This document shows, piece after piece, positions 13,066-26,482 of a DNA stretch of 64,000 nt. Numbering within the stretch: the first letter of the stretch is position 1; each line of letters starts with the position of its first letter. The notes beneath the pieces are model-generated. The model saw only the letters and a program-made list of their open reading frames with translations, had not been told where the DNA came from and searched no databases. The translations under genes and the position numbers were made by a program. The stretch is from Felis catus (Eukaryota), in assembly GCF_018350175.1 (NCBI RefSeq), contig NC_058368.1, positions 204,044,001-204,108,000 of the forward strand, in the 5' to 3' direction.

Positions 13066-16000
13066 AACAAAAAACAAAACAGAACAGATCAATGAAACCA
13101 GAAGCTGGTTCTTTGAAAGAATTAACAAAATTGATAAACCACTAGTCAGTTTGATCAAAAAGAAAAAGGAAAGGACCCAAATAAATAAAATCAAGAATGA
13201 AAGAGGAGAGATCACAACAAACACAGAAGAACAATAACAAGAGAATATTATAAGCAATTATATGCCAATAAAATGGGCAATCTGAAAGAAATGGACAAAT
13301 TCCTGAAACAGGAAGAAATAGAAAATTTCAATAGACCCATAACCAGTAAGGAAATCGAATTAGTAATCAACAATCTCCCAAAAAACAAGAGTCCAGGGTC
13401 AGATGGCTTTCCAGGGGAATTCTACCAAACATTTAAGGAAGAGTTAACATCTATTCTCTTGAACCTGTTCCAAAAAATAGAAATGGAAGAAAAACTTCCA
13501 AACCCTTTCTATGAAGCCAGCATTACCTTGATTGCAAAACCAAAGACCCTACTAAAAAAGGAGAACTATGGGACAATTTCCCTGATGAACATGGATGCAA
13601 AAATCCTTAACATATTAGCCAACCAGATCTAACGATACATTAAAAAAATTATTCACTGCGACCATGTGGGATTTATACCTGGGATGCAAGGCTGGTTCAA
13701 TATCCACAAAACAATCAATCTGATACATCACATCAATAAAAGAAAGGACAAGAACTACATGATCCTCTCAATAGATGCAGAGAAAACATCTGACAAAATA
13801 CAGCCACCTTTCTTGATAGAAACCCTAAAGAAAGTAGGGATAGAAGGATCATTCCTCAATATCATAAAAGCCATATATGAAAGACTCACCTCTAATATCA
13901 CCCTCAATGGGGAAAAACTGAGAGCTTTCCCCCTAAGGTCAAGAACAAGACAGGGATGTCCACTCTATGTTCCAATATTCAACATAGTATTGGAAGTCTT
14001 AACCTCAGCAATCATACAACACAAAGGAATAAAAGGCATCAAAATCGGCCAAGAGGAGGTGAAACTTTCACTCTTCACAGATGACATGATACTCTATATG
14101 GAAAACCCAAAAGATCCCACCAAAAAACTGCTAGAACTGATCCATGAATTCAGCAAACTGGCAGGATATAAAATCAATGCACAGAAATTGGTTGCATTCC
14201 TATACACCAATAACGAAGTGACAGAAAGAGAAATCAAGGAATCAATCCCATTTACAGTTGCACCATAAAATACCTAGGAATAAATCTAACCAAAGAGGTG
14301 AGAAATCTATACACTGAAAACTATAGAGAGCTTATGAAAGAAAGTGAAGAAACAAAAAAATGGAAAAAGGTTCCATGTTCCTGGATAGGAAGAACAAATA
14401 TTGTTAAAATGTCGATACTACCCAAAGCAATCTACATATTCAATGCAACCCCTATCCAAATAACACCAGCATTCTTCACAGAGCTAGCACACACAATCCT
14501 AAAATTTGTATGGAACCTGAAGAGACCCCCGAATAGCCAAAGCAATCTTGAAAAAGAAAACCAAAGCTGGAAGCATCACAATTCCAGACTTCAAGCTGTA
14601 TTACAAAGCTATAATCATCATGACAGTATGGTACTGGCACAAGAACAGACACTCGGATCGATAAAACAGAATAGAGAACCCAGAATTGGACCCACAAATG
14701 TATGGCCAACTAATCTTTGACAAAGCAGGAAAGAGTATCCAATGGAATAAAGACAGTCTCTTCAGCAAGTAGTACTGGGAAAACTGGACAGCGACATGCA
14801 GAAAAATGAACCTGAACCACTTTCTTACACCATACACAAAAATAAACTCAAAATGGATGAAAGACCTAAACATAAGACAGTAAGGGGCACCTGGGTGGCT
14901 CAGTCGGTTAAGCATCTGACTTTGGCTCAGGTCATGATCTCGCTGGGTTTGTGAGTTTGAGCCCCACATCGGGCTCTATGTTAACAGCTCAGAGCCTGGA
15001 GCCTCCTTCAGATTCTGTGTCTCCTCTCTCTCTGTGTCTCCTCTCTTCAGATTCTGTGTCTCCTCTCTCTGCCCCTCCCATGCTCATGCTCTGTCTCTCA
15101 ATAATAAATAAACGTTAAAAAAATTAAAAATAAATAAATAAACATAAGACAGTAAGCCATCAAAATCCTCAAGGAGAAAGCAGGCAAAAACCTCTTTGAT
15201 CTTGGCCGCAGCAACTCTTACCCAACACATCTCCAGAGGCAAGGGAAATAAAAGCAAAAATGAACTATTGGGACCTCATCAAAATAAAAAGTTTCTGCAC
15301 AGCAAAGGAAACAATCAGCAAAACTAAAAGGCAACTGACAGAATGGAAGAAGACATTTGCAAATGACATATCAGATAAAGGGGTAGTATCCAAAGTCTAT
15401 AAAGAACTTATCAAACTCCACACCCAAAAAACAAATAATCCAGTGAAGAAATGGGCAAAAGACATGAATAGACACTTTTCCAAGGAAGACAGCCAGATGG
15501 CCAACTGACTGCTTAACCGCACTCAGCATCAGAGAAATACAAATCAAAACCACGATGAGATACCACCTCACACCTGTCAGAATGGCTTACATTAACAACT
15601 CAGGCAACAACAGATGTTGGTGAGAATGTGGAGAAAGAGGATCTCTTTTGCACTGCTGGTGAGAATGCAAACTGGTACAGCCACTCTGGAAAACAGTACG
15701 GAAGTTCCTCAAAAAATTAAAAATAGAACTACCCTACAACCCAGCAATTGCACTACTAGGTATCTATCCAAGGAATACAGGTGTGCTGTTTCGAAGGGGC
15801 ACATGCACCCCAATGTTTATAGTAGGACTATCAACAATAGCCAAAGTACGGAAAAAGCCCAGATGTCCATTGATGGATGAATGGATAAAGAAGACGTAGT
15901 ATATATACACAATGGAGTATTACTTGGCAATCAAAAAGAATGAAATCTTGCCATTTGCAACTATGTGGATGGACCTGGAAGGTATTATGCTAAGCAAAAG

Positions 16001-16270
16001 TAGTCAGAAGGGCAAAGATCATATGACTTCACTTATATGAGGAATTTAAGATACAAAACAGATGAACATAAGGGAAGGGAAGCAAAAAATAATATAAAAA
16101 CAGGGAGGGAGGCAAAACATGAGACTCTTAAATATAGAGAACAAACAGAGGGTTGCTGGAGGGGTTGTGGGGCGATGGGCTAAATGGGTAAGGGGCATTA
16201 AGGAATTTACTCCTGAATTCATTGTTGCACTACATGCTAACTAACGTGGATGTAAATTTTAAAATAAACA
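9321..16270 (+). mobile_element. Full-length, inactivated felid-type L1 (5' UTR, ORF1 ~10985-11858, ORF2 ~11982-16050, 3' UTR)
   Basis: Starts gggccaagatgg; ORF1 coiled-coil fragment (11217-11420, NNIRIIG); APE endonuclease (LNVNGL, CCLQET, 11982-12362); RT ([24 protein letters not shown], 13666-14268); many stops and frameshifts. Confidence 0.96.
14885..15138 (+). mobile_element. Can-SINE inserted into L1 ORF2
   Basis: Perfect TSD taaacataagacagtaag at 14867-14884 and 15139-15156. Confidence 0.96.
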
Positions 16271-17885
16271 AATAAAAAGGAAAACAAAACAAAACAAAAC
16301 AAAAACCCCACAACCAACAACTCGTGCTGAGAGCACTTTTTAGTAAATTATGCTGAAGTTAAAAACAATAAAATAAAATAAGAAATAAGAAATTAAAATA
16401 AAATGGAAGTCAGTTCAGTTATAGAAAATAAAATATTTTGGGATGTCTGAGTTTGTGGCCTGGGAGATGAAAATTCATAGCAAAAAGCTTTGGCCAGACT
16501 GGTTGTCAGGTGGGCAGTTGTTGGAGGTCCAAGTAGGCATGGATGTGCAGTAGGTATGATTCTGGAAAGCATAACATAGAAAGCATTTTGGAAAATCTGC
16601 TCCAAAGTCTCCTTTATTCTTCTCCTAAGTAAGAAGTGACCCCAGGACTTAAACTTTTGTGTATGCGGCAAATGGCAGCAGCTGCTGGGAGACAGAAAGG
16701 GTAGGACAAATCACTACTGGATAACCAGCAACTTTTGTCATGTAAAAACAGCTGTCGCTTGTTTCTTCTACAAGGTTGACATTTCTTCATATCATTGTCA
16801 GTGGTTGGTATCTTCTTGCTGAAATCTCAATTGGGTTTTTTAAAAATATATTTAAACAGTTTAGAAAGATATGGTTCCTCCCTTTCTTGAGTGCCATCTT
16901 TCCTTTAGCTATTTTTGTTTAAGAAACATCAACAGAGTGGTTAAGTGGACCCAGTTAAGTGGAACCTCGCCAGATCTAGGTTGCCATTTTCTATTGTAGA
17001 AGGCACTGAAAACCCACAGGATGTGGACAGGATGTTGCCTAGCACAAAATGAGTACTCGTTAACTAGTAGCTACTGTTACTATTACCAGCTGAGATACTA
17101 AATTGAATAAGGGGACAAAGTCAGTCTATCTGGAATTAAAAAAAAAAAAAAGTTAAGATAAGCTTCCAGATAATGAGTCCTAAACATAAATCCATGTGGG
17201 ACACACACAAAAATGCAACTCCCCTCCCTCCATCCAAGCTGCATACTAATATACTTATTAATAAAATGCCTTTATATTTAATTTAGCAAAAGGTGAAACA
17301 TTCCAGGAATGTATGCATGACCAAAAGTGAATGAATGTTTTCATTAGAGAAAACAGTAACCCTTCTCCTGGCAATGCCATCATCCAACTACTTGTCCTGT
17401 GTTCATCGTTAAAATCCAACCATTGGTGCTTACACAGACCGTATTCTGGGTGAGATGCATTACAGCAAGGACCAAATTCAGTACAAGTACTCTAAAGTTC
17501 TTACATATAGAGTTAAGATTTTCATAAGATTTCCTATTATAGTCTTCGAATGCTCTATTGGTCTCATTTACAACCATGATTCTAATCTTTATGTGACCAT
17601 GTTTCCAAGTTACTATAATTATACCCAACACTAATGAAGCAATGATCTCCAATCAGACACAAGGGTGTGGACCTAAAGCATGTCCTGTCCAAGCTTCCAT
17701 GCTCATACATACCCCAATGGGACAAAGCCACAGAGCTGGCTATAATTTGCAAGAACAAAATTTTCCATGAATCAGTAGAAGCCCGAAAGTTTTAAAGGCA
17801 GTTTTCTAGAGGGAGTGATTTCTGAAGCAAACTATTCCAGTAAACTCGGAGAGTAGTGACAAAACATTCAAAAATAAAGCCATGT

Positions 17886-18104
17886 GGGGCACTCAGGTGG
17901 CTTAGTTGTTTAAGTGTCAGACTTCCTCTCAGGTCACAATCTCACAGTTCATGAGTTCAAGCCCCCGGTCGGGCTCTGTGCTGACACCTCAGAGCCTGGA
18001 GCCTGCTTCAGATTCTGTGTCTCCCTCTCCCTCTGCCCCTACCCCACTTATGCTCAATCTCTGTCTCTCAAAAATGAATAAACATTAAAGGAAAAAAAGA
18101 TTAC
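17886..18104 (+). mobile_element. Can-SINE (SINEC_Fc-like)
   Basis: TSD aaataaagccatg at 17872-17884 and 18105-18117. Confidence 0.94.
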
Positions 18105-19441
18105 AAATAAAGCCATGACATTCTGTTTCATCCGTCTGGGGAAAAAGCTATCTCCCTACTGACACAACACAAGGTGGTTAGTCAGTCACACTTTATCCTA
18201 TTTCTCTATAGACGTTTAAATGTGACATTTCAGTTCAAACCAGTGTTTATGTATGTGTAGCAGAGAACTAGAATCACAAGGTCTGGATAGAATTAACCAG
18301 GCACAGACCCTGCCACATTAGTGTAAGCCCTGTACTCTTGTGGAAAGTGCATTCCCCAAATGGGAGAAAGAAGGGGCAAAGGCAAGGCTGGCTGATAGCA
18401 ACTCACTGGCTTTTGGAAAATCAGGTCCAGAAAAGAGCTCATTTAGATAAAAGTTCACTGGCTAACTCCAGTTCTACACATTACTAGAGAAGTTTCCAAG
18501 TTTTGCTTTTCCTAGAGTAAGCCAGAAACAACGTAGGTGGATGGGGGGATTAAAAAAAAAAAGTGGCCTTATTTCAATTTCTGAACGGTCCATTTCCGTG
18601 TGTTTTGACTGTGCCCTACATCAAATCACATTGCTGCTGTGTTTTTCATCTTCCCAAGTGCAAAAGGAAGGAGAAGGAGAAGGTTCTTAGATCTTCCTAT
18701 TCTCTCTTTATGGTAGAGGAAACAGGAACACCTGCAATCCCTTGCCCTGAGTTCTCACTTCCTTTTTCGTGTCTCTCCATTGTTGGCAGAAGGAACTAGC
18801 CACCATCATTCCACATGTCACCTGCATACCCCAAATCCACATCACTTCAATTCTTCTCAAAGTCTGTAACAACCACTTTGACTCCCCGCCATTCTATTGC
18901 TGCCACTTGTATGTGCCCCCAAACTCACAGTGACCTTAGGTGAGCTGGATAACTCTCCTCCCCATTCCATTACCTCTCTGCCTTTGTTATCCCCAGTAAC
19001 TCCACACAACAAAAGTCCAAGTACCCAGATCTCTGAGGGCTGTTTTGGTCTATGGGTGAAATTTGAAATATCCAGGGGCAAACTGGACTCTCAAACTTTT
19101 AGACTACTTTTTCATTAGTATTATACTTCAGAAATAGGCTTTTTAAAAGAATTGGAAAGCAGAGTTTAAAGTTGTGATCTTTGACAAGAATATGAAGTAC
19201 AAATATTTTACGTAGAATGAGGAAGTCATATGCTTTCACAATCAACGTGACAGAGATGTAATATCTCCCCACTATTTAGAGTCCAAGCCTTTAAAGTTCT
19301 TCATAATCATAAACTAGATGTTCTCTACCTATTCAATATAATTTTCCACTCCTCCCCCAAATAAATTATCTGCCAAGACCCTATCTTTTCCTCCCACTAT
19401 CTTAACCATCGTAAGTCAAGAGTTTGAAATAGTCAACATTC

Positions 19442-19563
19442 TAATTGCTGTCTCATTATCTCCTTCCTTTTGCACAAGACTATCTACTGTCTCATTCTAA
19501 TTACTGTCTAATTATCTCAATTACTGTCTCTCATTATCTAATTACTGTCTCATTATCTCATTA
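19442..19563 (+). repeat. Degenerate tandem repeat, ~19-20 bp unit taattactgtctcattatc
   Basis: About five imperfect copies read directly. Confidence 0.75.
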
Positions 19564-19706
19564 TACCCACTTTATCCAAAAGATTTCCCTCCAGAATTAC
19601 AGTATATACCATGCTAAATGTCTATATAACCACTTAAATAGTGAACAGTTCAATTCCTTAGCCCAATATGTAACTTCTAAGAGATAAGTTTAAAAACAGC
19701 CATCTT

Positions 19707-19937
19707 GGGGTGTTGGGTGGCTCAGATGGTTAAGCGTCTGGCTCTTGATTTTGGCAGGTCATGATCTCGCGACTTGTGGGATGGAGCCCCACATCAGGCT
19801 CTGCGCTGATAGCAGGGAGCCTACTTAGGGTTCTCTCTCACTCTCTCTCTCTCTCTGCCCGTCCCTTGCTCACATTCTTCCTCTCTCCCTCTCTCTCTCT
19901 CTCTCACTCGCTCTCAAAATAAACATTTATAAAAAAG
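19707..19937 (+). mobile_element. Can-SINE
   Basis: Head, CT tract, tail; TSD aacagc(c/a)atcttg. Confidence 0.92.
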
Positions 19938-20020
19938 AACAGCAATCTTGAGTGCTTCAAAATTCAAATGTTACCATTTCTACTGCTTTACTTAACTAAC
20001 ACTTTAAAAGTTTCACTTTA

Positions 20021-20198
20021 GGGGCGTGTGGGTGGTTCAGTCGGTTGAGTGTCCAACTCTTAATTTCAGCTCGGGTCATGGTCCCAGAGTCATGAGATGG
20101 AGCCCCACTTTGGACTCCGTGCTGAGCATGGAGCCTGCTTAAGATTCTCAAGTTCTCTCCCTCTGCCCCTCTCCCTGCTCCTGTCCTCTCTCTCTCTC

Positions 20199-20231
<33 letters not shown>
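20021..20231 (+). mobile_element. Can-SINE with long poly(A)
   Basis: Head ggggcgtgtgggtggttcag; TSD aaaagt(t/c)tcactt. Confidence 0.92.
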
Positions 20232-20235
<4 letters not shown>

Positions 20236-22324
20236 CACTTAAAAGTGTTTTTTTTCCTCCTTGTTAATTACACTAATTTATCTTTCCTTTGGGAATCTAA
20301 AGAGCAGCTGGAACATGCAAGTTGCTGCCACTGACGTGTAGAATTTTGGTTGTTTGTTTTTCTCCTCTTACCATTCCGACCCAATATTTGTTGGCAAAGA
20401 CTCTCAAAAACTGGCAGGAGCTATAAATTAGATATTTGAACTATTCTCCCCTAGCTATACAAATGAGCTGTCCAACTTTCCAGTACTAAAATGCTTTAAT
20501 TCACAAGACGTATGCCTTAAGGGACTTGAAAATTTGCCTCTAAGTCAGATGAACACATGGGTTATGAGTTATTAATTATACATAATAAGGCTTTGGGATA
20601 GGATAAATTGAACTAAACCTTAAACCTGACTGACAGATAATATATCCCATATTTGTGTTGGATGAGAAAACAGCAAAATCTAAAAGTTAGGGCCATGACT
20701 TGGATAGAATCAGAAAGGCCAAGGCCCACTATCCAGATTCATTACAAAATACCTAACTGTTATTCCCTGACTCCATCAAGGCCTGAACGCCCACTGCAGA
20801 AAAAGATTAGTCCTCTCTCTCCGTCCTATTCCAATCCCTAGAAAAAAAATACAGAGAGAATGATAAAAAGATTTATATGCTGAAAAACTGTCCAGAGTTA
20901 GACAGAAACATACATATAATGTATTAAAATTTATCCATTTACTTATATATATTCTTTACTTAGATGAGTAATTTAAACACAAACTTCCAATTTAAGACAA
21001 ACGAGAAAATAACGGATGGTCAAAAAGGTCTAAAAGACACATCAACATTAGCACTTCACTGCCTACACGTAATTCTTTTTTTTGGTGACGCACTGTGGGG
21101 TACAATGGACTTTTAAAAAAAAATTATTTCCAGTTGAATATCTATACATAGTGTAACAATACAAGAATAAAAAATAAGTCATATCTTCCAGTTGTATGCC
21201 TTAGAAAAAAAAGAACAATAAAATAGGATGGATGAAAATTATTTCTGTTGGTTTTAGACTTCACCATAAATAATCCAAGGTCACCAACCTTTGGGAGTAT
21301 TAATTTAAGAAATTTTGTATCCAAAAAATCATTTAAATATCCTAAGCAATAAAGTAAAATAAAACCAACTGAAGCATAGTTTTTAACTCAAGTAATACAA
21401 CTAGATGACAAAGGATTAGTCAGCAGCAAAGAATGAGGTCCTAAATTCTGAAAATATAGAAAAAGATTTACTACAATGACAAAAATAAATAAATCCAAGT
21501 ATCATTATTTTTAGTTTAAGCTGAATCCAGGAATTATCTCATTAAAAAAAAAAAACCAAGTTGCTGCTTTCCAGATATACCCACAAGTACTTTGGGAAAA
21601 GGAAAAGGGCATAAAGATACGATTTATTGTTTTCCTAGTAGAACTTTCATGATGTAATTCAGACTTGAGGTTACTAATGACCTGAGATCCATTAGCAAAT
21701 TGCATTTATTACTTAAAAATTAAAAAGGAGCCTTTCCTGCTTTAAAACACATGTACACACCCACACAAACACACACAAACAGATCTTAATCTCAAGCACA
21801 GCAAAACAGAAGTTGATTACCAAACCAATAGATATTGTGAGTTATAAACTGAGTAAACATGAGCATTACAGTAAAAAATTTCACAACAGTTAATTCTTTT
21901 TCTGGTTTACAGATAGTTTATATGTGCTTATAATTATTTCAAGAAACTTAGTACCAAATTAGTTACAGAGAGAGACAGATATTCCAAGTATTCACTCATT
22001 CATTCACCTATATACAGCTTTTGGCACAGTAGCAAAGTCACAAAGAAAATCTACACTTTTACTGCAAAAAGACATGGTCTTTACTGATGTTTAGATAAAC
22101 AAAGAGGTAGCTAATAAAAAAAGGGGCCACCATTTTTCTCAAATGTCATCAATTACATAAGACCTCAAAACACATTCTGACTTGGAAAAAAAAATTCTTG
22201 CCAACAATTAAGGGAGCGAGTAATTTCATCTATTTCCCAGTGGCAAGTCTTCCCCGGATGGTAGTAACCAGCAAAACTATTCACTTGAGCCTTTTGTCAC
22301 CAGAGACCATTGCTACATCTCTAC

Positions 22325-23139
22325 GCAAACATGATGAACTCAATTTATTAGTCAAATAGCTGAATTCCATTCAAGTGCACTTAATACAGTAATACACTTT
22401 ATAAATTGATTGAAATTAAAAACACCTCTGATTGGAAATGGGATTCTTAAGAATACAATACTGATTTCAAATTATATGTTTCACTGGTGTCCTGATGAAG
22501 CATACAAAGCAAATGATGTCATTGTTTCCAGCATCTCTGAAAGATTACCTAGTCCCTTAAGGTATTAAAATAGAAGTGAGAAAATACATCCCTGAAATCT
22601 AGAATTGGTAGTACAGTTTGAAAGGTTGAAGCCAATTTGATATGGTTAATTCAGATCATGGTTAAATGGTAAGAGGATAGCTCAGGAGTTGACACAAGTC
22701 TCAAATTAGTAATCTTTGTTGAAAAAACATAAACGAAGGTACCTGTAATGTTTACAAGGTCAGAGTGTTCAGATCCATGTATATAAGTCCTAAGATCCTA
22801 AAAACTTAATCTCTTAAAATATTGTTGACCATTGAGGAAGAATAAAAAAATCCAAATGGATTACATCTAAAATGAGGCTGTTCTTTCTCCTTTTATAAAA
22901 TACTTTTGGAATTCATAACACAAAAAATATGCACAGAAAGACATTCAGAATTTTCAATCTTTTAAAAAAAAATCAAGGGATCTTGAAAAATATCCCTGTT
23001 TGCTTTGCATTCTTCAGTCTTCCTTCTCTTCCAAGAGCTCTGCTACAGATGTCTATCAGCTGTATAGAGTGATACTTTATTTGCCTGTTCCCACAACAGA
23101 AGAGGTGGCTTTGTCGGACAACAGCTTGGTCTTGAAAAT
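22325..23139 (-). other. NNT: NNT 3' UTR (minimum plausible extent; true end not determinable)
   Basis: AT-rich sequence with no repeat I recognise, following the stop and ending near an AATAAA at 22349-22344. Confidence 0.5.
22344..22349 (-). terminator. Candidate polyadenylation signal AATAAA of NNT
   Basis: tttatt on + strand; ~15-30 nt downstream on the minus strand lies the GT-rich tgtttgcgtag. Confidence 0.4.
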
Positions 23140-23289
<150 letters not shown>

Positions 23290-23735
23290 CTAAGGAGCAA
23301 AGATTAAGGGGCAAAATGAGTGTATTTAACAGACTGGGCTGGGATGTGATAGGTATGCCCACACTGCCCTGCCCTAGCTTTAAATGAAGCATCACCACTA
23401 CTAACTCCTGAGTACACAGTTTTCTAAAACACACAAGGCGTCATTTTTTTAATGCAGGCACACATTGTATTAACTTTAATTTTTTAAATGTGCCCATACT
23501 CACATCCAAGAGAGAAAAATCTTGTTAACAATAAATAGTTTATCTATGAAACATAAGATTACAAGTGATTTTCTTCTCAGAGCTTTTCTCTATAAAGACC
23601 CTGTAACATTTTCTACTCAGAAAAATAAGCATCTTTCTCTAATGTGTTAAAGAGACCAAACTTAGTGCATAAGCTTCTAATGGGAAAATGGCATGATTCC
23701 TCTTCCACCACTTTAAAGTACATCAGAAGGTTCCA

Positions 23736-23939
23736 GGCGCGCCTGGGTGGCTCAGTCAGTAAAGTGTCTGAATCTTGATTTCCGCTCAGATCATGATCTC
23801 ACAGTGGTGGGTTCAAGCACCAGGTTGGGCTCCGTGCTGACAGTACAGAGCCTGCTTGGTGTTCTCTCTCTCTCTGCCCCACCCTGGCTCACTCGCACTC
23901 TCTTTCTCAAAATAAATAAATAAACATTAAAAAGAAAAA
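23736..23939 (+). mobile_element. Can-SINE in NNT intron 21 (antisense to NNT)
   Basis: Head gcctgggtggctcagtc; TSD agaaggt(t/g)cca. Confidence 0.92.
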
Positions 23940-24945
23940 GAAGGTGCCAAGACAAAAGCCCAAAGAGCAATCTAGCCCATCACATGACAGAGGTAATAAT
24001 ATTACAGTCCTACAAAGCAAAATGGAAAAAGCAAACCTGTCTCTAATATTGATGTAGTATAGTCATTGACACCTACATGGATTATGGATGGTGCTATCCT
24101 GTTAAATAGCAAGTCAGTTCTTAGGAAAATAAAAAGCCTTTCTGTGGTTGTCTAGGTAGTTTATCCAAAAATGAAAGCAGTCTAAATTTATTCACACTTC
24201 ACTCAGCCTTAGTATAGTCTTCTTCAAATTCTCCAATTTGATGACGAATGCAGTAATTTTTTATCTACACATGAATAAGTGCGTATCACACTCCCATATT
24301 TTCAATGAAGAGAAACAAAATTAAAGGGAAATGTACTTACATAATTACATAATTATGACTGTTAAAATGCAGATCTGACCTAAGGGTAGTAAAGGCACGT
24401 CCCTCGAATGAGGCAGGGGAAAGGTATAAGCCTTTGAGTCTCTATGACCCAGCGGTGAGCCTCCACAGAGGTGATGTGCGCGAGCAGGCCTTGCTTCCTT
24501 ATGCCACGTTATGGTTTGGATTTCTAAATCACCTTTCTTCTAGACACCCCATAACAACAACAAATTCCCTTTAAAAAAATTAAATGAAAAAACATGCTCA
24601 TCTTCGTATATGAAGGCAATGATACTGACTCACTGTCCCAGAGGGAAGCCATCTGCTTCACTGGACTCTATCTGGAAGTCAGCCAGACTCATTCCAAAAG
24701 CTCACAGCTCTTTTTTCAGCTGTGGCTACAGATTTTGTTAATCCGTCCACATAATATCGTTTGGTTCTAATGGTGACCAGGGCATTCACTCGGGTTCTCT
24801 ATTGGCCACCGAACAGACAGAAGCTGGATGTAGAGAGCTAGGCCCTACGCCCACTCAAGCTCCTGCGGCCTTTAAAAGGCATCAGCGCTCCTCGCCGAGT
24901 GAACCAGGATGGCTCTGTGCGCATGTCTGAAGAGACATTTGACTA

Positions 24946-25128
<183 letters not shown>

Positions 25129-25199
25129 TCAAATAGGCTACTTTCATTTTTTTTCAGGCAAATCATGGTGATCTGCACTTTATAACAATAGTAACAGAA

Positions 25200-25340
25200 G
25201 CCAACATTTATAGGATGCACACTTGTGCCAGGCACTGTACAAAGAGCTTTATCAGAGAGGGTTGGTAACTTAGCCAATGCCACACAGCTAAAAGCAGTAG
25301 GTCCTGCATGTGAACCTGAGCATGCTGACTGGAGCTTACA
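25200..25340 (-). mobile_element. MIR relic
   Basis: tgtgccaggcactgt..cagagagg..gtaacttagccaa..cacacagcta. Confidence 0.6.
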
Positions 25341-26326
25341 TTATTGTGCTTTCCCTCCCCCCAGATGCATCTACCTAATCTGACTTTGCGGTTTTTTTTA
25401 TTATCTCAAAATGATCTTGTTGGTTATATTATTTTTGAGAAGACTGGCATTCCATTTTCAACTTTTAAAATGACCACATATGATGCTATTTGATGTCTCC
25501 AAGAAAATGGTCTAAGAGTCTGTACTGTATTAAAGCTGTGCCCATAATTCCTGGAACTGGCAGGTTTCACACAAAATTTTGCAACAGTGAAATCTCAAAG
25601 GGGGCATAAAATTAAAATGGTCCAAACTCCCTCTTTAAGGACTATAATATAAATTACCTTAGAACTTTGCCAAAAATGCCATGTGAATGTAGATACACAT
25701 ATAACTTCATTATTTTTCTCTAATAAACAGTATTTTTTAAGTTTACAGTGGATACTTGCCAGGGGGAACTGGTTTAACTTTAACAAACATGATCTTGGGC
25801 CAAATGTCATTAACATTCAACATCTACCCAATGACAGCCATAAAGTACAGCACCTTATCTACTGAAATCCTAGTACTTTAAAAGAAAATAGAAAACTACT
25901 TTATTGATTATGAATCAGGACAATTAGAAGCCAGGAAAATCTCAGACACTGCTAGCATTATACATTAAATTAGCAACAGAAGCAATGTTATAAATGAGGA
26001 ACCTGAGGCTGGGATCTAGTGCAAACAAGCGAGAATTGTGACCTAGATCCCAAAGCCAGATCTCTTCCGAGTCCCTCTGCAATGAGCTCCACTATCTCTC
26101 AAGATTTTCACCACCCCTCAAAGGCACAAAAGTACCCATGCTACTCACAAGTCTGTTGTGCCTTATTCAGTACCATCTTTCACTGCTTTCATTCCAACTG
26201 CACACCTACTAGGGGTAGGTTACTCTTCATTGGACTAGTGGGTGTTCAGAAATCCCACAATTTACGTCCTAAGACGGGCGTTGCTTTATTCAGACTAAGA
26301 ATATTTAGACTTCAGCATCGCCTCTA

Positions 26327-26482
<156 letters not shown>

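Noticed and set aside
17380..17652. 90-aa minus-strand ORF in non-repeat DNA, with an overlapping open frame on +
   Set aside because: No recognisable domain or splice context; length is within chance expectation. A tBLASTn or conservation hit would be needed to revive it
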